Numbered from the stretch's first letter, positions 42,013 through 51,699 are shown. The stretch is DNA of 64,000 bases from Bdellovibrionales bacterium (GCA_965217115.1 OZ244239.1:1952001-2016000); one strand, 5' to 3'. A program made the numbers and translations. The notes: generated from the letters alone by a model not told the origin.

Positions 42013-42483
42013 TCAGTTCTTAGTGTTTATTTTTTCTATCATCATATCTTGATGAAATTTTCTATTTTCGCCATCGGAGATCCATTTGTCCATTTTATAA
42101 ACCTTCCATTTAACTTTTTTCGTTCGTTTTTTCTCAAAGGGAGTTTTGAAGAATCCCTTGCCTTCAGTGATGAGTTGAAATTCAGATTTACTTTTAAGCG
42201 TGGTATTCTCTAGTCTCAGCTTCTTAAGTTCCTCGTCATCATTGAAATAATAATTACCGAAGAGGGCCGTTGCGGCGATAAAAGCAGATCCCCAGGTCAG
42301 AGCATGGAATTCAGGTTTTTCGTTTACGGGGGTTGTAGCAAGACCAACACCAGCTCCGATGGGCATGGCTAGCCCCATGGCTGCCCATCTAGATTTAGAG
42401 TTAGTTGCACAGCCAAAAACAAAAAAAACGAGTAGGAAAACGCGCACAAGTTCAAGTTTTAGGGCTTTTGAGATGAATTTCAA
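42013..42483 (-). CDS. Lipoprotein with Gly/Ala-rich hydrophobic hairpin, possibly TraV-like
   Basis: Lipobox VFGC; C-terminal WKVYKMDKWISDGENRKFHQ. Confidence 0.55.
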   Translation of the reverse strand: MKFISKALKLELVRVFLLVFFVFGCATNSKSRWAAMGLAMPIGAGVGLATTPVNEKPEFHALTWGSAFIAATALFGNYYFNDDEELKKLRLENTTLKSKSEFQLITEGKGFFKTPFEKKRTKKVKWKVYKMDKWISDGENRKFHQDMMIEKINTKN

Positions 42484-43720
42484 AACAAGTTCCTTTGTTG
42501 AGAGTGGATTGGGCGTTTATAGTGCCACCCCATTCTTTAATTTTACGATGAGCGTAATAAAGTCCTAACCCATTTCCTGATTCTTTACCAGAAGTAAAAT
42601 CCTCATCAAAAATATGGGGAAGATCCTGTTCAGAAATGCCACACCCGTTATCTGTGATAGAGAGTGTGAGAGCGTCTTCTTTTTCCTGAACCTTGCAGTC
42701 GATGGTTCCCGATGAGGGGATGATGGCTTCAATGCTGTTATTGAGCAAATTAGAGAGGACTCGCTTGAGTTCAGTGGGGGAGCAAATTGCTTCTAAATCG
42801 TTGGCAACATCCATATTGAAATTAATATTTTTATATAGAACGATCTTGTCATTGATAACGTCGAGAATGAGAGGTCTAACTAAAAGAGGTTGAATTTTAT
42901 TTAGACGATAGCGGTTTTTCCGATTATTTTTTAAGAGATCATCGCTTGTTTCAAGAATTCTGTTAATGGATGATTTAATGATAGACGAGGCTGGCTCAGA
43001 AATATCCGAGTTGGACTCGTGTAGGGCTATATTGAGGGACATCACAGGGGAGCGAATATCGTGGGCGACTTGTTTTGTGATTTTTGAGAGTTCTTTCTCG
43101 GCATTTAAGGCTGTATGAATTTCTTTGAGTTCTATTCTTGAATAAATACCCTGTCTAACAAGACTGATAAGCTTGTTGGTGATGTTATCCTGATAACTAA
43201 TGTTTAGTGTCATTTTTGGATCTTTGTTCCATTTTTTTAAGACATCGAGTGTCGAGATGAGTGATTTTTTGTAACCCAATAGTGGAAAAAAGGCGGCAAT
43301 AATAATTAATACTGAGGCTAAAGTTGTTATAAAGATAAATAAAGAGGAGGTCAGGGTGGATTTAATAATCTTAGCTTTTGAAATACAGGTGTTGATTTTT
43401 CCGAGGTGCAGTCCTCTGAGAGTGAGATTGTTAGATGTGGGGTAGAGACAATGGGGAGGGTTTTTCCCTTGTGACCAGGAGTATGCTGTGTAATTGTTCT
43501 GCAAAACTTTATATTGGGAGATAGGAAAATTCTGCAAGCCTGTGATAAGTTTAGCCACAAGTTCATGGTTTTTGTTCTGAAAGAGATTGTCGGCAATTTC
43601 ATATTTCCATTGAGAGATGTACTGAGAAATATCAAATTTGGCTTGCTTGTGATTAGACTCAAGCAAGGTTTGATAGAAGAGGAAAATAAAGGCCCCTGTA
43701 GCACAGAAAATTGAAAACAA
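42452..43720 (-). CDS. Sensor histidine kinase
   Basis: Two TMs; H-box QVAHDIRSP, N-box NLLNNSIEA, G1 DNGCGI, G2 GNGLGL. Confidence 0.93.
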   Translation of the reverse strand: MFSIFCATGAFIFLFYQTLLESNHKQAKFDISQYISQWKYEIADNLFQNKNHELVAKLITGLQNFPISQYKVLQNNYTAYSWSQGKNPPHCLYPTSNNLTLRGLHLGKINTCISKAKIIKSTLTSSLFIFITTLASVLIIIAAFFPLLGYKKSLISTLDVLKKWNKDPKMTLNISYQDNITNKLISLVRQGIYSRIELKEIHTALNAEKELSKITKQVAHDIRSPVMSLNIALHESNSDISEPASSIIKSSINRILETSDDLLKNNRKNRYRLNKIQPLLVRPLILDVINDKIVLYKNINFNMDVANDLEAICSPTELKRVLSNLLNNSIEAIIPSSGTIDCKVQEKEDALTLSITDNGCGISEQDLPHIFDEDFTSGKESGNGLGLYYAHRKIKEWGGTINAQSTLNKGTCFEIHLKSPKT

Positions 43721-43836
43721 GGGTTTTTTTATGAGTTGGCTTATATGACCTCCACGGGGCGCCAGTATAACTGTTTTTTGGTGAAATAAGGGAAAAAGAA
43801 GTTGTTTTGAAAGGTTTTCACTGAAGTCGCTCTCTT

Positions 43837-45195
43837 TTAAGGTGAGAAAGAGACAGCTTGCCCTTTTGGCTGACCAATAACTTCATCGTCTCTCATTGCG
43901 ATGTCACCAGACAGGATGGTTGCAACGGGCCAACCTTGACATTGAAAACCGTCAAATGGGGTCCAACCGGAGAGACATTCAATCCAATTGTCAGTGATAG
44001 TTTTTTTGATTTTGAGGTCTATTAATGTGAAGTCGGCATCAAAACCTTCTGCTATTTGTCCTTTATTTTGAACTCCGTAAATGCGCGATGGGTTGTAGCT
44101 TGTAAGTTGAGTGAGGCGCTCTAAGTTGAGGCGCTGGTTGTTGACGTGGGTGAGCATAACAGGAAGAAGGGTTTGCACTCCAGGCATACCTGAGGGAGAT
44201 CGAGGGTAGGGGAGTGACTTTTCTGTGAGCGTGTGGGGAGCGTGATCGGAGCCAATAACGTCGACGGTGCCATTGGTGATTCCGCGCCAAAGGGCCTCGT
44301 GGTGATGTCGTGAGCGTATGGGAGGGTTCATTTGCACTTTAGTTCCTAATTGCGTGTAACATTCGGGAGCATAAAAAGAGAGATGCTGGGGAAGACACTC
44401 GACAGTGACAAGATCTTTAGCAGTAGAGTTTTTGAGCTCTCTTAGAAACTCGATTTCCTTTTGACTTGTTATGTGAAGAACATGCACGGGGCGATTTGTT
44501 TTCTGTGCGAGTTGGGTGATTTCTTGGGTGGCAAGAAAGGCCGTGTCTTCATCTCTCCACTGGGGGTGATCGTGGACATTTTTTGATTGCATGGCGATGT
44601 TTTTTCTTTCATTGAGCCTTTTTTCATCTTCACAGTGAATAGCGATCCGTCTTCCTCCATTACTGAGGATGTCCTCCAAATCTTGGGAGTCATCAACTAA
44701 AAGAGAGCCAGTGGAACTGCCCATAAATATCTTAACTCCAACGCAGCCAGGTAATTTTTCAAGCTCATGTAACTGGTGGATGTTTTCTTTGCAGGCCCCT
44801 ATGAAAAAAGCGTAATTAACCCAACATCGATCTTTGGCTAGAGACATTTTCTGTTCAAAGGCTTTTTTGTTTGTTGTATTAGGAGATGTGTTGGGCATTT
44901 CAAAAACAGCAGTGACGCCTCCCTTTAGGGCGCCAAGTGTTCCTGCGGCGAGGTCTTCTTTGTGGGTGAGGCCTGGTTCTCGAAAATGAACTTGGCTGTC
45001 GATGCACCCCGGTAAGAGATGTAAGTGAGTTGCATCAATGGTCTCTGTGGAATCACTCAGCGCAGAGGTGGAGATGCATGTGATTTTCCCGTTTTGACAG
45101 CCAATGGATAGAGGTTCAATGGTGTGTTGCCACCTTTGGCCAGGTTTATAGACAATGGTCTGAGCGTTATTAATAACAAGATCGAATTTATGCAT
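43837..45195 (-). CDS. pyrC: Dihydroorotase
   Basis: DSQVHFREPG, EMPNT, KIFMGSSTG, MNPPIR and GSDHAPH motifs. Confidence 0.92.
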   Translation of the reverse strand: MHKFDLVINNAQTIVYKPGQRWQHTIEPLSIGCQNGKITCISTSALSDSTETIDATHLHLLPGCIDSQVHFREPGLTHKEDLAAGTLGALKGGVTAVFEMPNTSPNTTNKKAFEQKMSLAKDRCWVNYAFFIGACKENIHQLHELEKLPGCVGVKIFMGSSTGSLLVDDSQDLEDILSNGGRRIAIHCEDEKRLNERKNIAMQSKNVHDHPQWRDEDTAFLATQEITQLAQKTNRPVHVLHITSQKEIEFLRELKNSTAKDLVTVECLPQHLSFYAPECYTQLGTKVQMNPPIRSRHHHEALWRGITNGTVDVIGSDHAPHTLTEKSLPYPRSPSGMPGVQTLLPVMLTHVNNQRLNLERLTQLTSYNPSRIYGVQNKGQIAEGFDADFTLIDLKIKKTITDNWIECLSGWTPFDGFQCQGWPVATILSGDIAMRDDEVIGQPKGQAVSFSP

Positions 45196-45381
45196 AGATC
45201 AAACTCCCTAGTCTCGTTATTTTAACTTGGTTTTAAGAGAAGGTCTAGTCATAGTCGTGACTTACTTAAGTTTCTTTGACGAGTTGCTCTTGAAACAGGG
45301 TATAATATAGGAGTTGAAGTCTCATCATTTTTTAGAGGCTTTTTTAGACACGAATGCAGAGTTAATAGATGAGGGTGTGTC

Positions 45382-46113
45382 ATGTTTTTTATGAGCCGTA
45401 TTATCGTGTTAGGAATGTTGTTGTTTTCAGTGAGTATCTATGGAGCTAAGAGTCCCCGTGTTAATGAACGGCTAATGATTGAAACTCTAAAGTTACCTGT
45501 AAAACATCGTTATTTGGCACTAAGAAAAATGGAAAATCATTCGCTGCCTTATTTGCGTAGGATTGTGAATAATAAAAAAGAGAATATGTCGTTGCGTTGG
45601 AGAGCACTCTCTTCTTTAGCAAAAATCTATGGTAGGAAAAGTTTACCAGATTTGTTGAAAGCATCTAGGGATTCACAGTGGTATATGCGCAATGGAGCTC
45701 TAGTTGGTTTGGCCCACGTTGATAAAGATCAGGCGTTGAAACTGTCTAAAAGATTATTGCAAGATGATGCTATGGTCGTAAGGGCAGCAGCGGTGAATGT
45801 TTTGGCAGAACACGGCGACAATCGTCACAAGGAATTGATTTGGAAGTCATTGAATAATCCAAAAAACTTCCATAGAGGCCGAAGCTTATGGATAAGGAAG
45901 AACACTGCTCGGGCTTTCTTAAGCATGGCAGCATATGGTGATGAGAGTAAAATGGTTAAATTATTAGGCGATAAGGACAAAGCTCTTCACGCTGTTGGTG
46001 TATTGGGTCTAGAGAGGTTAGCGGGGAAAAAATTAGAAGATCCCTATGAGTTTGTGATGAATAAAAAAAAGTATTGGACAAAATGGTGGCAGGATCGATC
46101 TCTTGTTCGCTAG
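45382..46113 (+). CDS. HEAT-repeat secreted protein
   Basis: Signal peptide; repeats LRWRALSSL, MRNGALVGL and VRAAAVNVL. Confidence 0.8.
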   Translation: MFFMSRIIVLGMLLFSVSIYGAKSPRVNERLMIETLKLPVKHRYLALRKMENHSLPYLRRIVNNKKENMSLRWRALSSLAKIYGRKSLPDLLKASRDSQWYMRNGALVGLAHVDKDQALKLSKRLLQDDAMVVRAAAVNVLAEHGDNRHKELIWKSLNNPKNFHRGRSLWIRKNTARAFLSMAAYGDESKMVKLLGDKDKALHAVGVLGLERLAGKKLEDPYEFVMNKKKYWTKWWQDRSLVR

Positions 46114-46132
46114 GTTTTCGGGGGAGGAAAGT

Positions 46133-47791
46133 GTGATTAGAAAAATTTGGATTCCATGTGTTTTAGTAATGGTTTTTTCAGGCTGTAATACTTTAGATAT
46201 TGAAAGACAAACTATGAACAGCCAGATAACACGCTCGATTGCAAGCCATGATCTTAATGAAGTAGAATTTTTTAGAGACATTAAAGAATTAGAAGAGAGA
46301 GCGAAACTTGGAAAAGTTTCTGCGATTTATCTATTAGCCGAAGTGTATAGGAAAAACCACGATGATGATTCTTATAAAGAAATGGCCTCTTGGTATGAAC
46401 AGGCGACAAAAGAGAATAATGTTAAAGCCCAGTTTCAGTTAGCAAAGGCTTATAAATACGGCAAGGGCGTGAGTGTTGATGATCGTAGAGCTTTTAAGTG
46501 GTTTGAAGCCGCTGGAAAAAGAAATCATTGGCAGTCACAGTTTGAACTGGGAGAGATGTACGCTCAGGGGAGAGGAGTCTCCATGAATGTTAAAAAAGCA
46601 AAAGATTGGTATGGGCGATCAGTAAAAAATCGTAAGAAATGGGAAAAGGCATTAGAGAAAAAAACAGCTTCAGAGACAGAGGCCATGGCGTTGAAAAAAT
46701 TGAGAGAGATAAAGGTAAAAGTCAAAAAACATCTATTGCCAGGCGGGATTGATTTTAGAGAAGAATTAACATCTAGAGAAGACTCAATATCTAGAGAAGA
46801 CTTAGTATCTAGAGCTAACCAAAAGGCTTTCTATTGGTATGAAAAAGCGGCAGAGCTAGGGCATGCTTTGTCTCAGTATCAACTGGCAGAGATGTATCGC
46901 CTAGGCTTGGGGACGGAGAGAGATTTGAAGAAGGCTTTTAAGTGGTATGAATCGTCGGCATCGGATCGCCAGCACCCACGGGCGACATTTCGCTTAGCCG
47001 AGGCCTATTTCTTTGGCTACGGTGTCACGAGAGACCTTGAGAATGGAATTATTTATTATAAGGAATTAACAGAATCCAAGAATAGAACCCATTCTTTAGA
47101 GATTGAAGAGAAAAAAATGGAGGCTCAGTATAGATTAGGTCATATATATTACAATGATGATAAGAAGGAAGCTTTGAAGTGGTACTCTGGGATCGCGAAG
47201 AAGGGCCATTTAAAAGCTATGGAAATGATTCTGAATTTGTATGTAGAGGGGGATGTGAATAAGAAAACACTCTCTTCTATAAATCGGCTTTATGATAAGA
47301 ATAGGTTGAGTGGCCCCAGTGTCGCTGAGTTGAACTTGTTTAGAGATTATGGTTCTGATGGGCTCTCAAGAAAAGAAATTAATTTAGCACATTCTGCTGA
47401 GTTCTTATCTAAATATGAAAGTATTGCCGAAAAGGGAGACAAAATGGTTAAGAACTCCTTAGCTCAGATGCTGGAGAAAGGGACGAATGTTTTTGGGGAT
47501 ACTTATGTGGATGTAAATTTAAAGCAGGCATTAGTTTGGTATAAGAGAGCGGCGAAGGCTGGCCATAAGCCAGCTTTTCATAAAGTGGCATCCATATATC
47601 TTGATGGGGCGAAAAATGTAGACATGAATATTCCCGAGGCGATTCGTTGGTATAAATTAGCTGTGAACCACCTTGATTTCCGTGCAACGGAAAAGTTGGG
47701 AGATATTTACAGTGAGTCCCCCTTTTTAGAGAAGAACATGGTGAGAGCTAATAAGTGGTATGCAGTGTACAGTGCCTATGTCTCTGAGTAA
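46133..47791 (+). CDS. Sel1-repeat lipoprotein
   Basis: GTG 46133 after GGAGG; lipobox FSGC; repeats such as AQFQLAKAYKYGKGV...AFKWFEAAG. Confidence 0.9.
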   Translation: MIRKIWIPCVLVMVFSGCNTLDIERQTMNSQITRSIASHDLNEVEFFRDIKELEERAKLGKVSAIYLLAEVYRKNHDDDSYKEMASWYEQATKENNVKAQFQLAKAYKYGKGVSVDDRRAFKWFEAAGKRNHWQSQFELGEMYAQGRGVSMNVKKAKDWYGRSVKNRKKWEKALEKKTASETEAMALKKLREIKVKVKKHLLPGGIDFREELTSREDSISREDLVSRANQKAFYWYEKAAELGHALSQYQLAEMYRLGLGTERDLKKAFKWYESSASDRQHPRATFRLAEAYFFGYGVTRDLENGIIYYKELTESKNRTHSLEIEEKKMEAQYRLGHIYYNDDKKEALKWYSGIAKKGHLKAMEMILNLYVEGDVNKKTLSSINRLYDKNRLSGPSVAELNLFRDYGSDGLSRKEINLAHSAEFLSKYESIAEKGDKMVKNSLAQMLEKGTNVFGDTYVDVNLKQALVWYKRAAKAGHKPAFHKVASIYLDGAKNVDMNIPEAIRWYKLAVNHLDFRATEKLGDIYSESPFLEKNMVRANKWYAVYSAYVSE

Positions 47792-47911
47792 AATTGAACA
47801 GTACGATGAACAAGTATTTTGAATGGATAAACATTTTCTAAATCCTTCTAAGTTATTGTAATTATTGATTGACACCTTTCAATCGGGTTAGGTAAAACGG
47901 TTTTTCGTTGT

Positions 47912-47988
47912 GGCGGGGTAGCTCAGCTGGTTAGAGCACTGGAATCATAATCCAGGTGTCGGGAGTTCGAATCTCCCCCTCGCTACCA
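47912..47988 (+). tRNA. tRNA-Met (CAT), probably elongator
   Basis: Full cloverleaf GGCGGGG...CTGGA-ATCATAA-TCCAG...TTCGAAT...ACCA. Confidence 0.95.
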
Positions 47989-48076
47989 TTTTCCTTGCAT
48001 TTTCCCTAGTTACTCATTGCTAGGAGGAACGACGGCAGATAAAATTTGTCAAACACTGGGTGAAGGTTAAATAATA

Positions 48077-49216
48077 ATGTTATCAGAGATAAAGAAAAAT
48101 CCGTTTAGACTTTTTTTTCCAGTGGGTTGGCTGTTGGGGTTGTCGGGGGCTCTGCTGTGGATCCTCTTTCACCAGGGGATTATTGATGGAAATCCAAAGG
48201 AGCATCACGGTCATTTAATGATCGGTGGGTTTCTCCTGTCCTTTGTAATGGGTTTCTTGATGACAGCTATTCCAAGGTTTACTAAGACGGAATATGCAAA
48301 CTCACTAGAGATAATAATATCCGTGGTGTTGGTCTTTCTCATGTCTTGGAGTGGGCTTTTTTATGTGAGTGGCCTTTTTAATATCACGAGCTTACTGGGA
48401 CTCCTGTTTATCATCGCCTATTCGGTAAGGCGGTTCATAAAGAGGGAGAGCAATCCACCGGATACATTTATATTTGTTGGAGTTGCCCTCTTAATGGGGC
48501 TGTTGGGAATATCCTTAGTTCTTAGTCACGAGTATTACCATTTGGGAGAGTTACTCTTTTTCCAAGGAATGCCCTTTTCTCTAGTTTTAGGAGTTGGTGG
48601 ACGGTTGGTTCCAGGAATTTTAGGCCATGGGGAAGTCGTCAAAGCGCAGAGAGATCGCTATGAAAACCTGGAATCCTTCTTCAAGATAGTGCCTGCTATG
48701 AATTACCTACTGGCAATGGTTTTTGTGGCGTCGTTTTTTACTGAGCACTACCTGAGTCAAGTGGTTGGCCATGCTTTAAGAGCAGTGGTGATTTCCTATA
48801 TTGCCACGGTCTATTGGAGGATTTTTAAATTTCCTGTGAAGAGAACAGTCCACACTTTTTCAATTTGGTTGGCCTGTTTGTTTATTTTTTCTGGGTCGTG
48901 GCTCTATAGCTTTTTACCCTCGATACACGTTCTCCACTTGATTTATATTGGAGGGTTTGGGTTTATAACCTTACTGGTAGCATCTCGGGTGACCCTTGCC
49001 CATGGTGATGGAGGTATGGAAATCGAGGGAGAGAAGTTTCCGTTTCTATGGATTTGTATTCTCCTGTCTCTATCAGCGGTGACCAGAGCCAGCGCCTACC
49101 TATTTCCTGCCCAGTATCAATCACATATAAGCTATTCGGCGGGTCTCTGGATTGTCGGTTTTATTATTTGGGGAATCGTCTTCATCCCCAGAATTTGCAC
49201 CCGCCAGCGGCAGTGA
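48077..49216 (+). CDS. nnrS: NnrS-family membrane protein
   Basis: PFRLFFP, HGHLMIGGF...GFLMTAIPRFT, GGRLVP and RVTLAHG motifs. Confidence 0.85.
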   Translation: MLSEIKKNPFRLFFPVGWLLGLSGALLWILFHQGIIDGNPKEHHGHLMIGGFLLSFVMGFLMTAIPRFTKTEYANSLEIIISVVLVFLMSWSGLFYVSGLFNITSLLGLLFIIAYSVRRFIKRESNPPDTFIFVGVALLMGLLGISLVLSHEYYHLGELLFFQGMPFSLVLGVGGRLVPGILGHGEVVKAQRDRYENLESFFKIVPAMNYLLAMVFVASFFTEHYLSQVVGHALRAVVISYIATVYWRIFKFPVKRTVHTFSIWLACLFIFSGSWLYSFLPSIHVLHLIYIGGFGFITLLVASRVTLAHGDGGMEIEGEKFPFLWICILLSLSAVTRASAYLFPAQYQSHISYSAGLWIVGFIIWGIVFIPRICTRQRQ

Positions 49217-49378
49217 AACACAATTAATGGTGGTGCCCCCTCGCCCAAAGTACACGAACACCCTTTGGTAGTAAAAGGGGTTAAAAAGATCCAATGGGTA
49301 GAGAGTCTAGAACGACTCAAGTGAGCTAGAGGTTTTTATTTAACTAGTGTCATACGATCAATTTCAGTAATATTGTTG

Positions 49379-50179
49379 CTATTTCGAAATAGGAAAGAAA
49401 TTAATATTTAAGAAAGAAGCCTTATCTTTTTTAACTGAGTTTTTTGAAATCGAAATTACCTTTTGCTTAGCATCTTCAAGAATTTTCTCAATCTCGGTCT
49501 GAGATTCCTTGTCATGGATAAGACAAAATGAATCGAATTTCCCACACTTTAATCCATTATCCATTTCGAGGTGCTTAGTAGCTCGCTCTAAAGCTGTTAT
49601 GTATAGGCCTTCTGTATTTACCCCTGTTTTTAAAAAAACATCATTAAGAGATTTTTTAAAAATATTTAGCTCTCTAAGCTTTTTGATTGCACCCTTTACT
49701 TCTTCTTCCGAATAGTCATCTCTTAGACGTGCAAAAATCCAATCAAACTTAAGCTTCGAGTCTTTTAACCCTAAAAGAGTATAGATTTCCCAAGTCAAAA
49801 TACTCTTGAAGATTGATTCATCTCCATCTTTATATTCATTGGGAACTAGAAGTTTAATGTCTTTTCTAAATCTCTCAAAGTTAAGCTTTACATCTTTATC
49901 TTCGGAGTTATCTTTGAGAACCATCATAAAGAAGTAGGAACTTTCTATTTCATTGAGCTTTATCTTCTCAGCTAGCTTGGCAGCCTTTTCTATACTGATT
50001 TTTCGACGTCCAGAAACGACTTGCTTTAAATAAGTCTCTGAGCCGTTAATTAAACCAGAGAAATAGCTATAAGAGTACTTGGTGTCTTTATTTTTTAAAG
50101 CACCAATATACTCTTTTATAAAGCCTCTGTAATCACTGTAATTAAAAATTGGTACTCTAGTGTCCAACACTTCCAACAT
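49379..50179 (-). CDS. TIGR02147/DUF4423-family protein (divergent second copy)
   Basis: IFNYSDYRGFIKEY...YSYSYFS...YLKQVVSGRRKIS; C-terminal LNINFFPISK. Confidence 0.82.
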   Translation of the reverse strand: MLEVLDTRVPIFNYSDYRGFIKEYIGALKNKDTKYSYSYFSGLINGSETYLKQVVSGRRKISIEKAAKLAEKIKLNEIESSYFFMMVLKDNSEDKDVKLNFERFRKDIKLLVPNEYKDGDESIFKSILTWEIYTLLGLKDSKLKFDWIFARLRDDYSEEEVKGAIKKLRELNIFKKSLNDVFLKTGVNTEGLYITALERATKHLEMDNGLKCGKFDSFCLIHDKESQTEIEKILEDAKQKVISISKNSVKKDKASFLNINFFPISK

Positions 50180-50564
50180 TAAAACCTTCTGTTTTGATTA
50201 ATTTCATCATAGGGCATGTTTTCACAACACCACTATAGTAGATTTCAAGATAGGGTAAATCAGCTCCTCCAGAGTCATAAGGAATTAATACCTCAAAAGT
50301 AGGGATTGTTGAAGAAATTCCGACTTGGGTAAATCTCATGAAATGTGAACTGCTAATACTGCTTGCTCTATTGATTAGTGATTTAAAGCTGTCTGAGGAA
50401 GAGTTAACAAACTTTAGTAGACCAAAGGGCGTTTCTTCTGTGATATAAAATTGAGCCTGTACGTCACATGTTGAGTCTGTCTTGGCAATCATTTCCCACG
50501 AGATTGAGAATGCTGGCAATGTCCAAAGAGTAAGTAAAAGTGGTATTGTAATTAACTTTTTCAT
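50157..50564 (-). CDS. Small secreted hypothetical protein
   Basis: SD AGGAGG; signal peptide ending PAFS; overlaps the TIGR02147 start. Confidence 0.82.
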   Translation of the reverse strand: MKKLITIPLLLTLWTLPAFSISWEMIAKTDSTCDVQAQFYITEETPFGLLKFVNSSSDSFKSLINRASSISSSHFMRFTQVGISSTIPTFEVLIPYDSGGADLPYLEIYYSGVVKTCPMMKLIKTEGFNVGSVGH

Positions 50565-50573
50565 AAAACCTCC

Positions 50574-50655
50574 TAAAGTTCTTATATTTTAAGCATCTTA
50601 GAAATTCAACTTCTTAAAGTTCTTATATTTTAAGCATCTTAGAAGTTCAACTTCT
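50574..50655. repeat. 41-bp tandem duplication (2 copies, 1 mismatch)
   Basis: TAAAGTTCTTATATTTTAAGCATCTTAGAA(A/G)TTCAACTTCT at 50574 and 50615. Confidence 0.92.
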
Positions 50656-50805
50656 CAAAATATTTAACGGGCTCAAAATGAACCCTTAGGCTTTATGATC
50701 TGTGAACGTAAGTTTTATTTATTATATTGAGATCGCTTAGATAAAAAGAAATCTAATGAAAAATGGTTTCTCACCAACCACTGTTCATTATTTCCTTGTT
50801 TTGAT

Positions 50806-50940
50806 GAGTCTAATGCCGTTTTCTTTCTAGAATATCTCCCAAAAGAATCCAGTTCTTTTCGGCGAGTTTGGCTTGGCGACTTCTATTGCATTTCTCTGCA
50901 ATGGAAGGTGACAAACGGATGTTTGAGCAAGAAAAGGGCT
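50806..50940 (+). repeat. Palindromic element copy C (left arm plus core; right arm truncated)
   Basis: Matches copies A/B from CTAGAATATCTCCCAAAAG to GAAAAGGGCT. Confidence 0.9.
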
Positions 50941-50974
50941 AGAGTCTTTGATCTGTACCCCAAAAAGGGGACAC

Positions 50975-51010
50975 AAAATAAAAAGCCCCATCTGTGATAT
51001 GATGGGGTTT
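50975..51010 (-). terminator. Terminator downstream of 51092-51514
   Basis: Minus strand AAACCCCATC-loop-GATGGGGCTT followed by TTTATTTT. Confidence 0.65.
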
Positions 51011-51091
51011 ATTGTTTTTAACACTGCTTTCATAATAAAGCATTTAGTTCCTAATACAAAAAAATAATTATTGTCTGTCGACTAGGTTAAG

Positions 51092-51514
51092 TCACCGAGG
51101 TTCGATTTTGCTCCTGTTAGTCGACTTTTTTCTCTGAAAAAGTGCAGAAGAAGGCCATAAATGTTTTGTTTTGGTATTAGCTAAATAAGCAATACACCCG
51201 CTAGAATCACTGCCTGGGGACCAATCAATACCGATGACAACACAGGAATTGCTGAATCTACTGATTTCCACCAAGGAACATTTAAAACCATCATGATTTT
51301 GGAAAAAAACATCAAGGTGTTTAACATTTTCTGTTGTCATGTAATAAAAATAGAATGGAGTTTTATTGGTCACCTCCACTGTATTTCCCCAGTTTGCACC
51401 TCCTTCGACGTAGTTTGCATATCCGTTGTTACCATTAATGAGTGTATCACAGTCATCAGCAAAAGCATGCAATGAAAGAATAACTATGCTGAATGCAATA
51501 ATCAATGATTTCAT
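51092..51514 (-). CDS. Small secreted hypothetical protein
   Basis: ATG 51514 after AAGGAG; signal peptide MKSLIIAFSIVILSLHAFA; 4 Cys. Confidence 0.8.
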   Translation of the reverse strand: MKSLIIAFSIVILSLHAFADDCDTLINGNNGYANYVEGGANWGNTVEVTNKTPFYFYYMTTENVKHLDVFFQNHDGFKCSLVEISRFSNSCVVIGIDWSPGSDSSGCIAYLANTKTKHLWPSSALFQRKKSTNRSKIEPR

Positions 51515-51547
51515 ATTTTCTCCTTGTGTTTTATTACTTACAAAAAT

Positions 51548-51699
51548 AATAGTTTTATTACGAGCTTTTCTCATAAGTTTGTTTAATTTTAGATATAACC
51601 TCTGTACAAATTAATCAATAACATTATCTAATTTTGGAAAAATTTACAAATTTGCGAATTGACTCATAAATAATCACACCGAAAAGGCCTGAGGGCGAA
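51548..51699 (-). promoter_or_regulatory. Shared upstream module, copy 1
   Basis: Aligns by eye with 52537-52696; distal ~60 bp nearly identical. Confidence 0.7.

Noticed and set aside
49228..49320. Possible att scar: CCCCCTCGC matches the tRNA-Met 3' end, and GGGTAGAGAGTCTAGAACGACTCA resembles the element's right end
   Set aside because: Only 9 bp of identity plus a gapped match; too short to separate from chance without relatives.
51077..51126. GTCGACTA...TAGTCGAC hairpin containing GGTTCGATT, as a tRNA remnant or attC site
   Set aside because: No cloverleaf, and no proper RYYYAAC/GTTRRRY boxes.
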